From Podospora anserina (Eukaryota): a stretch of DNA of 64,000 nucleotides. Made by a program: the position numbers and the translations under genes. Location of the stretch: assembly GCA_017654855.1 (NCBI GenBank), contig CM030338.1:3100001-3164000 (forward strand). Reading direction: 5' to 3'. Under the pieces are notes generated by a model. It worked only from the letters and a program-made list of their open reading frames with translations. It was not told the origin of the DNA and did no database searches. Of the stretch, positions 11,501 through 22,018 are shown one piece after another. Numbering within the stretch: position 1 is the stretch's first letter; every line of letters starts with the position of its first letter.

Positions 11501-14500
11501 CCAGAAGCAGCAACAGGCAGGTGTTGGGTTGCGGTAGCGAGGGACAGGTCGGTTTGATCGGGGGAAGAGGAGGAGGAGGAGGTGATAGAAGAAGCGACGA
11601 GCTGGGCTTCCAACTTTACCCACTCCGCCATGATCGACCTGACGCTTTCTCTAGAGTACACCAGCGCGTGGTGGGAGTCGCCTTTTTCTTGGGCGAGGAT
11701 CGAATGCAGATAAAACGCATAGGCGACGAGTTGTTTTTTCTGGAGGCGGGTGTATGTGCTGGTAGAGGAAGTGGTGTAGGCTGTCCGGGCGGAGGCGAGG
11801 TGCTCTTCCGCTTGTTGAAAGTCGCCCAAGGCAACAGCGTGCTCAGCGCAGGCGAGGTAAAACGCGGCGGTGGTGTCCCCCGAGGCTTGCGGGCCGAGGT
11901 GTTGACGGGCCTTGGTGAAGAGCTGCTCTGCTTTTGTGGACCGGCCTAGGTTGGTGTATTGCATGGCCAGGGCAGAGTTGTGCTGAATCAGCTCTTCGGC
12001 TTTGGAGCCTTGGGTAGCGGCTACCTGGGAGATGTCTGTGACGAGCTCGAGTACGGAGGCGAGCATCTCGTCTTTGCCTTTCATCCGGAGGAAGTCCGCG
12101 ATAGACTGGAGATAGTCGAGAAGACCGGCAACATCGTCCACTTGCTTCTCCAGGGCGGCCTTGTCCTGGCATGACTTGATGATGCCCTGCCAGACAACCA
12201 CGCTCTCCCGAAGGGCGCCTGCATTCTTGTATCCGTCCACTGCCGCAGCCAGACTCCCAAAGAGAGCTTTCATGTGCTGCAGATACCCAACCAGGCCTGT
12301 GTCCTCGCCCAAATCCTCCACCTGCGAGGCGTCTTTCGCAACCGCGAGGAGTTCCTCTGCCTTATCGAGCTTCCCCAGAGCAGCACAAAGCAGACTCAGC
12401 AGCACCCTAAGCCGTCGGATCGGGTACCTCGTGGGGATGTATATCCTCAACAGCTGATCAACACAGGGGTGCTCGAGCGTGACATCTGTGTAACTGCTTC
12501 CTGCTCTCAGCAAGACATACCTCAGTCTGTGCTCCAAAGCAGCCGCCCGTTCAGCCTCGGATAAATCGACAGTCCAATCCATCCAGACCTGCTCCATCTG
12601 CGCGATGGCCACCAGGGCCCGTGACAGCGCCTCGGTTTTTTCATCACGCTCCCAGACCGCCACCGGTGATTGTGTAGCCAGCCCCTTGGCAACCGTAGCG
12701 AGCACCCCATCCTCAAGCAAACTCGTCCTGATGGCAAAGAGCGCACTGATCGCCTCCTCTCCCCTGCCCAACCTCTTTGCCAACTCACTCTGCCTCTCCA
12801 ACTTCAGAATCAACTGCGCCTTCTCCTTCTCCTTCCCACTCCGATACTTGACACAATCCACCGACCTCCTCAGCGCCCTCAACGGACTCGGGTCCTTGGG
12901 ATCCGCGATCGTCTGCCGGAGCGCATTATACTGCAGGTAGTAAAAATGCGATATCTTGACATACATCGAACTCCCTTCTCCTCCACCGTTACTACTCCCC
13001 GTATACTCCAACAACGTGACACAATCCCCCAAAACACTATCCGTCACCTCCCACGCCATCCTCCCCTCCTCCAACCTAACCTTGACCACCAAAAAAGCCG
13101 ACTCCAGATTCTGCTGCAAACTCCCCTGCAGCAGTTGTCGTCGTTGCTCATACCTCAAATAATCCTTCGTGCTGCCTTTAGGTCCAGGCGGCTTCCCCAA
13201 CCACCTCAAACAAAACCTCGGCGTCTGCAACACCAACATCTCCAACTGGTCCCTCGTCCCCTTTTGCAGTGACGAAACCTCACTCTTCCTCTCCACCACC
13301 AGCACCGAAATCGCCGCCTTCCTCGCCTGCACCACATTCCCCAGCAGCTCATCCAACTCGCTCATATCCCCCCTCAACGGCCCCATCATCCCCGCCACAA
13401 CCTCCCCAATCAGCCCATCATCATGCAAATACTTTGTCCTATCCTTCAGCTGGGACCCCAACAACTGCGCAGCAACAGACACCTTCTTCACAACCGACTC
13501 GGCTGACCCTTCCCCCCCAATCATATCCCTCAACCTAACCCCCCACCCCACCGCCTCCTTCACCAATCCCCCCTCCTTCGCAAGCGTAGCCAAAGTCTGA
13601 TAAATCATCGCAAGCGGCATCCTCGATCCCACCTTCGGCTTGAGATTCAGCCCCCTCACCCGGCTATCAACCCTCTCCCAGGCCCCCACAACAACCTTAT
13701 AACTCGTCTTCGCATCGGCCGCTGTCCTCCTTATAAACGCGCCCAAAAATCTCGACAACGGCACCATCACCTCCTTTTCGACATCCCCCCGATGCTTCAC
13801 CATCTCCCACCATTGCAACCTCATCTCCAGCCCCAAAACCTGCAGCTCCAGCGCTGTGCCGGGGGAGACACTCAGCCTCTGCTCCGTAGCAACCCCATCA
13901 TCCTTACCCGACACACTCGGGCAAAGCGCCAGCAGACACTGAGCCGCAGTCTCCATCTGCCTTCCCAGTTTCCCCTTGTCCGCCCCCTTTTCCGCGGCAG
14001 CCTGCAGCAGCAACCTGACTGGGGAACAAGTCTTGTCATATCCCAAATGCGTCACCACCGCCTCTATCGCAGAGGGCTTCTTCCCCAGCCCCAACACCCT
14101 CAACGCCTGGATCTGCGTCGTGACGGCCAGCAGCAGCGCCGGACCGGACAGCTTGACAGAGCCGAAGTCAAAAATCTCGGAAAACGCCTCCGCCGTGGTT
14201 TTCGGCTCTGTCACTGGCGCCTTCTTCTCATTCCCCGACAAAGTCTCCAATCTCCTCTTCAGGGTTCTCAGTTCCCGAATAGCCTGCTCGTGCAAACCAA
14301 GTGTGATCAACCTGCTCACCAGAGCAGAAATCCCACTCTCGAGCTGGAGCTCCGGCAGCGTGACCTTTCCCGCGGTGACAATCTGCCTCAATGTACTCAG
14401 CGCAACGCGCGCGCATTCGACTAGCGATAACAAATTCGGGGAAGAACCCAACAGGCTCGGCTTGGAAGGTGATCGTACATGTCGGGGGACAGAAGGGGAC

Positions 14501-15030
14501 GTCGACTGCCGATTCAACGGGCGGGGTTGGAGGGGTGAGATCGGCGCTGAGCTCGTTCGTCGTAACGTCTGCCTTGTCGTCGCGGTTTTGACTAATGACG
14601 GCGACGGCGGGGGGTCTTCTGTTGCGGGGGTGACAGTAGATGAAGCTTTGGCTGCTTCCGACAGGGCTTTCAGCGCGGCGTTGATGACCTGCGTCGCGAG
14701 GGTGGCTTTGTCACGGCTTGAGAGACCGCCGGCGGTATCTACTGGGGGGGTTGCGGCGGGAGTCTTGCCCCGGCGGGAGGGTGCTCGGGATACATTTGAG
14801 GTAGCAGTATTAGCCCGCGATCGAGCAGTCGCGGCGCGGGAGGTTGTTCGTGACGGTGGCTCGTCCACTGCAGGTGTGCTGCTGCTGCTGCTGCTCTCTT
14901 CTTTTGGGAGGAGTAAACTCTTCAACAACGCAGACGTCGCGGGGGTGCACGTCGCGACCGAGGCAACAGCGCTGCGGACGGCGGCAGCAGCCGTTTGACT
15001 GGTGGTGGCGTTGTTGTTGTTTGTATCCAT
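8593..15030 (-). CDS. ESP1: Separase (C50 cysteine protease, Esp1/Cut1/BimB), interrupted by two compensating frameshifts at about 9421-9425 and 9247-9251
   Basis: A 1910-aa ORF ends in EWWNAREALDERLKELLENIEQIWLGGFRG...DILQFHGERNAYDEIDFD. The conserved HTVLLLDKALHVFPWESLPC...SRMPSL lies in another frame (9427-9218). The 3' ORF has YILNPSGDL, the catalytic LYFGHGSG (His) and LMGCSS (Cys), and VGTLWDVTDRDID. Confidence 0.93.
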
Positions 15031-15648
15031 TACGAAGGGAAAAAAGAGAAAATGTCTGCTTGTTGCTGTCGATTTACAAACGAGTTTCTGATTTCCTAAT
15101 CATATCATTTCTAATCGCAATTGTCGCAAAACAGCCAAAAGCGAGGTCGCAATTCGTTAAAACATCTGTCTCCTCTAAACAAACGACCAAAAAGATGGTG
15201 GGAGGAGAGGAAAAGAAAGTTGTTGACGTCGATACGAAGTGATGGAGTTATCAAGACAAGAAGACAAGGATGTTGTCGAAGAAGTGGGTGGGCGAGTGAT
15301 GTCGTCTGGCGTGGAGGCAGTGGACTGGATGGACTGGTTTGGATGTGTTTCCTACCACCCAGAATGGGGCTCGCCAAGAGATTATTGACTCCACGGAGAA
15401 AAGTCGGTGCATGCTGGGTGGTTGACCAGGCAACAATCTAGCCTTCTCCACACTTGTTGCCTGCCGGGAAGAGAAAAGTTCAGATGGGGTGGTTTCTCCT
15501 GCAGGGGTTGGTTGAACAGCCGTTGGTGGGATCCATTCGTGTTCAAAGTTTTGATCTTCAACTTCAACGTCTTCAACCTCCACCACCACCACCACCGACC
15601 AGCTCAATTCGCGATCCCACCAACCGCCCTCTCGATCCGCAAGTCAAA

Positions 15649-16304
15649 ATGTACCGCCCAACCCTCCGCCTCACCCTCCTCTCCCCCCTCCTCTCCCAAA
15701 CGACAGCGACCCCTCTTCTCCAAGCCACCACAGCCCTCCCCTCTCGGGCATCTAGCACAGTCACCGAACCATCCTTCTGGCGCTCCATGATCCCCAAGCC
15801 CCTCCGAAAGGACAACCACCACCGCTCCCTCCCCGCCCAAAAACAACCCCCCAAAAAAGACTGGAACCCCGCCACATTCTTCATCTGCATCTTCCTCTTC
15901 ATCGGCTCCATGTCCATCCAGCAAATCGCCCTCCGCAAAGACTACGAAGCCTTCACCCGCCAGTCCGACGCCCGCATCTCCCTCCTCCGCGAAGTAGTTG
16001 AAAAACTCCAATCCGGCCAAGACGTCGACGTGGAAAAGGTCTTGGGCACAGGTGATTCAGAACGCGAAAAAGAGTGGGATGAAGGTTTGTTTTTTATACC
16101 AGAGAACAGGTGAAAGCAAACAAAACACTGACACGGACACTATTCATAGTCCTCAAAGAAATCGAGCGCGAGGAGGCTACACGAAAGAGACAGCAGGCAG
16201 AGGCTGCTGCTGCCGCTGCTGCTCAGGTCAAAGCTGATGCTGAAGCTGCTGCTGCAAGACGCCCAGCCCCCAAATCTGCTCTTTCAAGCCAAGGCTTCTT
16301 CTAG
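15649..16304 (+). CDS. Small conserved fungal single-TM protein (DUF5321-like, probably mitochondrial); 2 exons (15649-16084, 16150-16304)
   Basis: MYRPTLRLTLL... presequence-like start; FWRSMIPKPLR; WNPATFFICIFLFIGSMSIQ hydrophobic segment; DVEKVLGTGD. Intron 16085-16149 (GTTTGT..CTGAC..TAG) joins EWDE-VLKEIE in frame. Confidence 0.7.
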
Positions 16305-16357
16305 CAAGCTAAACACCCCCATTTCTTGAGGTGCGCGCGGTATATTTCTACAAAAAT

Positions 16358-17578
16358 CTATGACAAGAAATCCTTAAAAACCTCTGCGGGATTTGTTCGC
16401 TCAAAGGCCACCGCATGAGGCGCATCATGATGGTGGTGGTGGCGGCGGCTCCGAGCTTCCGGTTTGCGCATTGCCTGAACGAGGGCTGGCAATAGGCTCT
16501 CGGTGGATATCTCGGTTCTCACCCCCTGACCCCCTGCCTGCTTCGGATCCAAATCGGTGAAAAAGGCCTCTTCCCCTCTCACACCGCCCATGTTTATCAC
16601 TGCAATGGGCATCCCTCTGTCTTTGGCGCGCTTGGCTAGCCGCCAGGCAGAGTATGTCGCGAGAGAGGTACCCATCACGAGCAACCTGCCGGCGTTATCG
16701 ATGGTCTTGTTAGCGTCATGCTTGACTTCGGGAGAGATGCTGTCGCCAAACATGACCACGGCCGGCTTCAATATACCGGCATTGCTGATGGGCTCCAATG
16801 CGCCGTCCTGATCTACCTCGACCACACCCTTGGTGCCATCTGCCAATGGTGGTGGGCGAGTCAGGCATGTTGGACAGGCTGGATACCGAAAGGTGGTGTA
16901 TGGCGCGCCGGGGACTTCAACATCGCCATCGGCGTTCATCTTGACGCCCCGCGTCCGCTTCTCGTTTGGGTCCTCGGTTTCTAATGCTCCAGAGGAGATG
17001 GCTTCTTTCAGAAAGTCTTTCCAAACCGGATTCAATCTGGCTAACTCGGTTTGAAAGACATCTCTCGGGTACTCATTTCGGCAGGTGATGCAGACGGCAG
17101 ACCGGAGATAGCCGTGGAGTTCAACTGTGGGCATGTCCGGGTGGGCTCGAGGGTGGAACGAGTCGACGTTTTGAGTGATGACGCCTTTCACGACACCGAG
17201 TTTCCCGAGGTCTCGGATGGCGTAGTGGCCAGAGTTGGGGTTGGCCATGCTCATGGTCGTCCAGCCGAGGAAGCTTCTCGCCCAGTATCGCTTTCTGGTC
17301 TCATGGCTGGAGATGAACTCGTGGTGGTAGATGGGGCGGTGAGTCTTGTTGACGCGATAGGTGCCCTTGACGCCTCGGTAATCGGCCAGTCCGCTTGCTA
17401 CTGAGAGGCCGGCGCCGGTGAGGACGACTGTTGAGGGGGGTAGGCCTGATGGGGGTGGGTTGTGGAAGAACTCTTGGAGGGCAGTGATGGCGCCGGGGAG
17501 GGTGGATGCTGATGGGGGGATGATGTTTGGTGGTGGGAGGAGATCTCGGTAGGGGATTCGCATGAATGAGGTTGGCAT
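16358..17578 (-). CDS. NAD-dependent sirtuin, SIRT4-like (class II)
   Basis: LTGAGLSVASGLADYRG, RKRYWARSFLGW, ITQNVDSFH, ELHG, Zn-binding CxxC pairs (CITC, CPTC), LKPAVVMFG, GTSLATYSAWR. Confidence 0.9.
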   Translation of the reverse strand: MPTSFMRIPYRDLLPPPNIIPPSASTLPGAITALQEFFHNPPPSGLPPSTVVLTGAGLSVASGLADYRGVKGTYRVNKTHRPIYHHEFISSHETRKRYWARSFLGWTTMSMANPNSGHYAIRDLGKLGVVKGVITQNVDSFHPRAHPDMPTVELHGYLRSAVCITCRNEYPRDVFQTELARLNPVWKDFLKEAISSGALETEDPNEKRTRGVKMNADGDVEVPGAPYTTFRYPACPTCLTRPPPLADGTKGVVEVDQDGALEPISNAGILKPAVVMFGDSISPEVKHDANKTIDNAGRLLVMGTSLATYSAWRLAKRAKDRGMPIAVINMGGVRGEEAFFTDLDPKQAGGQGVRTEISTESLLPALVQAMRKPEARSRRHHHHHDAPHAVAFERTNPAEVFKDFLS

Positions 17579-17594
17579 TGTTGGGTGGGAATAG

Positions 17595-17639
17595 ATGAGA
17601 CTAGATGAGACTAGGTGAGACTAGATCCAATGAGACTAC
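17595..17639 (+). repeat. 10-mer tandem repeat (GATGAGACTA), 3 copies plus one offset copy, in the sirtuin 5' leader
   Basis: gatgagacta gatgagacta ggtgagacta gatccaatgagacta. Confidence 0.75.
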
Positions 17640-18256
17640 AACCAAGATGGAGACGGGAGATGTAACCGAGATATCAGATCTTTTGATATTTAGCTGATAA
17701 AAGACGTCATGACATCAAATGGAAAGATGCGGCTGAAGACACGGCACTTCCCACCACTTCCCCCAGAATGTGAAGTGCGGGGCAGAGCTTAGCGTCCTTC
17801 GCTTGGCTGCTTGGCTGCTGTGGGCTTCCGTTGAACCCCTGTTAGATGGCGCTAATCCAGGAATGCAGCCATCTTCAGGGCACTGCAATTGGGGATGCAG
17901 CTTTGAGTGGTCGGTGGTGCGATGTCGGGCCATTATTTTTGAGCACCTCATTCTCATGTGGGTGTCCACCACCTTTTTTTTTTTTTTTTTTCAGATCCTA
18001 AAAGTTTGAAATAAGCAGTTCTCTTCTTGTTGATACTCACCTTTTGTGTTAATTTCTTTGGTGTCTTATCGGTCGATAAGGGGCATTTTGTTTCATTCTC
18101 TTCCTCTCGCTCCCTCACTCAAGTCGCTCCATTATCAACCGACCGACCGACCGACCTCTCCGAAGAAGCCGTTATTTACAATATTTGCCATTGAAAACGA
18201 TTACTGGGGCGGTTCAAGACGCAATATCAACTCTCACTCACCTCCTGTAACCCCAG

Positions 18257-19844
18257 ATGCTCGGCTGCAGGCCATGTCCGGGGTTGCGCATCTGTGCGAC
18301 GACGTCTCCGGTAGCAGCGTCGTCACGGCTCCGTCTAACAAGACAGGCACGGAGCTATCATCCTCCATTATTATTTCAATTTAGCCCGAGAACACATCAC
18401 CCACTTCGGCCACCACCACCACCCCTACAACGTCGCGTGTACTACACTGCCCTCTCCCCAGCCTCCAGGGTGGCCTTTTCCGACCGTTCTTTACATCCCA
18501 ATTCCTCCTTCTCCACAACAGACAATTACTTCTCTACAACAACAAGACCAACAACGTCGTCATCACCACCACAATCACCCCTGAAAATGGGTCAACAACA
18601 CCGCACTCACGCCGGCCACAGTCACGGCCACCACCACCACCACGACAACATCTACCTCACCTCCCAAAACAAATCCGACGCCGGCGTCCGCATCACCAGA
18701 ATAGGCCTCTATTCCAACCTCGGCATGGCCATCGCCAAAGGCCTAGGAGGCTACGCCTTCAACTCCCAATCCATGATCGCCGACGCCTGGCACTCCCTCA
18801 CCGATTTGGCGTCTGACGTCCTCACCCTCGCGACCGTGTCCTGGTCCCTCCGCCCACCAACGGCCAACTTCCCGATGGGCTTTGGAAAAGTCGAGAGTCT
18901 CGGCTCGCTGGGGGTGTCTAGCATGTTGCTTTTTGGAGGAATATTCATGTGCATGTCCAGCTGCGAGACTCTCTACGCTCACATAATGTTGGATCCCGCC
19001 GCGGCGGCAGAGGCGCTGTCACATGGACATGGTCATCACCATCATGGGCATGGGCATGGGCATAGTCATGGAGGAGGAGCGCCGAGTCTACACGCTGCTT
19101 GGCTTGCGGCTGGTACGGTGGCTGTTAAGGAGTGGTTGTATCATGCCAGTGCGTATATATCCCCTTCCCCCTCCCCCCCCCTCCCTTTCCCATCCCATCA
19201 CTAACCAACCTTTTTTTACCCGTGCAACAGCAATGAAAGTAGCCCGCGAAAGAAAATCCTCCGTCCTGGCGTCAAACGCGGTACATCACAGGGTTGACTC
19301 TTTAACCGGCATCGTAACCCTCCTTGCCATCCTCGGAGCGAACTTTTTGTCGAATGCAGCCTGGCTTGACCCCGTCGGCGGGCTGTTGATCTCTTTACTT
19401 GTCATCAAGGCTGGGTTGAGCAATACACTCTCTGCGCTGTACGAGCTCGCTGATCGGTCTATTGATGAGGAAGTTCGCAGTTCGATCAAGTCACAGGTTT
19501 CAAAGAGTATTGGAGAGCTAGGGGAGTCGGGGAACGTGGAGTTGACGGACGTGAGCGGGGTCAAGTCGGGGCAGAACTATCTTGTTGATTTGGAGCTGGG
19601 GGTTCCGGGGGATTGGACGGTGGAGCAGGTGAGACAAGTGGAGGAGAAGGTTAGGGAAAGGGTCGGGGGGAAGGTGAGGGGGGTGAGGAGGGTTAGGGTG
19701 AGGTTTGTTCCTACAGGGCTGGAAGGGGGAAGGGGGCTGGGGGAGGAGTTTATTGCTGGGGAGGTTAGTGCTAGGAGTAGTCCTGAGCCCGAGGAGGAGG
19801 GGAATGGGCATGATCATGGGCATGAGCATAAGAAGGAGTTGTAA
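18257..19844 (+). CDS. Cation diffusion facilitator, mitochondrial metal transporter MMT1/2-like; 2 exons (18257-19148, 19231-19844)
   Basis: His-rich HSHGHHHH; GVRITRIGLYSNLGMA; SMIADAWHSLTDLASD; FGKVESLG; SNAVHHRVDSLT; LDPVGGLLIS. Intron 19149-19230 (GTGCGT..CTAAC..CAG) restores the frame (LYHA-T-MKVARE). N-terminus resembles a presequence. Confidence 0.88.
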
Positions 19845-20398
19845 AGGGGAAAGGAGGGGAGGAGTATTGTATGACATGACAACAGCAGGCTGGGGAAAGA
19901 AGGGGGGCGGCTGGAATACTCGCCCACCGAAGGCCTGGGTTACTTGCACATATTTGTTTACTTTTACTTTTACTGTACTTAGTTACTAGATTTATATAGC
20001 AGGACACACAGCTGACAAACAGAACATGAAAAATTTGATACCCTAACCGCAACTGTACACAAGCAAGCATGGGTGATATTGAGCATGGGATTGACACTAC
20101 CGGTACAGCTAATCATGGACGCGATTCTTCTTCGGAGATGAGCAACTGTGAGCTCGATCTATTCTGATGTCCAGCTCCCAAAATGCTTTTTCAGATCAAT
20201 GACACACAAGCACACGCGCAGGCAAACGTCATTCTTGTCCCACCAAGCAAGACTTCCCCCCCTGTCACGTCCAAGCACATGGCATTCAGGGACACACCCT
20301 TCACAACAAGAGAGTAGATAAACCAAGCCTCTCATTTCAGGGGCTACCCAGGTACATATCGACAGCTACAGCTACTCAACAAACCCCCCATCCCACAT

Positions 20399-20509
20399 CC
20401 CATAACCCCATAATCCCATAACCCCATAACCCCATAACCCCATAACCCCATAACCCCATAACCCCATAACCCCATAACCCCATAACCCCATAATCCCATA
20501 ATCCCATAC
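20399..20509 (+). repeat. 8-mer tandem repeat (CCCATAAC/T) x13 plus a partial copy
   Basis: Read directly; 10 copies end in C and 3 in T. Confidence 0.95.
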
Positions 20510-20522
20510 TGCCTTCTACCCC

Positions 20523-22018
20523 CTAATCAACAACCAAGCCCCCCTCCAACCCCCCATACCCCTCCAAAAACCCCTCAAACAACCCAATCGCATGCTCCAC
20601 GTCCCAGCTCCCCCCCATCTCCCTGATACTGTGCATCGCCAGCTGCGGGTTCCCCAGATCCAACGTCCTCACCCCCAACTTGGCGCTCAGCATCGGCCCA
20701 ATCGTGCTCCCACAGGGACTGTCATTCTTGACCACAAACAGCTGCAGCGGCACCCCCTTCCTCCTCGCGCACTCCTTCACCAGCACAATCCCCGGCGAAT
20801 TCGTCGCATACCTCTGATTGGCATTAATCTTGATCACCGTCCCCTTGTTCATCTGCGGCTGGTGGTTCCGTTCATACTTGCCCGCATAATTCGGGTGAAC
20901 AGCATGCGCCATGTCCGCCGAGATCAAAAAGCTTTTCGCGAGGGTCTGCTCAAAGGCAGTTTCGTTGCTTTCGGATTGTTGGTTCCCGTCGACCCCAGGG
21001 AGGACGGACAGCCGTCTGAGGACAGCCGGCAGCAAGTTAGAGTCCGCTCCATGGGCGCTCAAACTCCCAATCTCCTCGTGGTCAAAACACGCCACCAGCC
21101 TGATCCCCGTCTCCTCCTCCAGACCCTTCCCATCCTTCACACTCCCAATCAGAGCCTTGACCGCACAAAACGTCATGTCCAAGTTATCCAACCTCCCGCT
21201 GTAGATAAACTCCTCATTCATCCCGCCCAAAACCGCCTTTTGCGTGTCATACAAGATCAGCTCGAAATCCTGAACGTCCTCCACTTTGTCCACCCCGGCC
21301 TCTTTGGCAATGAGTTTCAAAAACTCCGAATGATGTCTCTCGTCAATAGCCTTCAGCGGCTCAAACTCCTCCTCTTCCCCTTCCTCGACATCCCCCTTCT
21401 TGTTAAGAACCTCCTCCACCAACCCCGCAATAGGCACCATCTCCTCCTCCTTATTCGGATCAAAATTGCTCTGCCTATGCAAATGAATCGCCAAGCTCGG
21501 GATCCTCACAATCGGCTTCTCCACCCTCACCAACCTCTGCTCAAACCCGCCCTCTTTTACCCTGACGAGCACCCTCCCCGCCACCGACAAATCCCTATCG
21601 AACCAGCTGTGCCAGATCCCACCCCCGTACGTCTCGACACCGACCTGGAGGTACCCGTTCGCGGTGCGTTTGCTGACTGGCTTGACACGGAGGCAGGGGG
21701 AGTCAGTGTGCGCGCCGATCATGGCGATGGGGTTGCCGGGGGACCATCGAGACCCGACGGCGAAGGCGATGAGGGAGGAGGCGTTGCGGGTGAGGTAGTA
21801 TTTACCTCCGGGAGAGATGGTGGAGGGGGTCCAGGGGGTGCGTTCGGAGATGGGGTGGAAGCCTGCTTTTTGGAGGAGGGAGGTGGCGGTTTGGACTGCG
21901 TGGTAGGCTAGACGGGGTTAGTTGATGGGAGGAAAGGAAGAGGAGGGGGAGACAAACGGGTGGGAGAGGCGTTGACAAAGTCGAGGAACTCGTGGGCGGA
22001 GGCGGGAGGGGGTGCCAT
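20523..22018 (-). CDS. APE4: Aspartyl aminopeptidase (M18, DNPEP/Ape4); 2 exons (22018-21958, 21907-20523); possible upstream start at 22237
   Basis: FLDFVNASPT-PYHAV is joined by intron 21908-21957 (GTTTGT..CTAAC..TAG). Motifs GAHTDSP, SWFDRDL, RLDN, FDHEEIGS, SADMAHAVHPNY, CGSTIGP, MHSIRE. Confidence 0.95.

Noticed and set aside
13976..14998. 340-aa + strand ORF and other ORFs opposite separase
   Set aside because: Antisense shadows of a GC-rich CDS with no recognisable motifs.
20399..20509. Interstitial telomere or CRISPR-like array
   Set aside because: The unit is CCCATAAC rather than CCCTAA, and there are no spacers; it is a simple tandem repeat.
20592..21911. 439-aa + strand ORF
   Set aside because: Antisense shadow of the aspartyl aminopeptidase.
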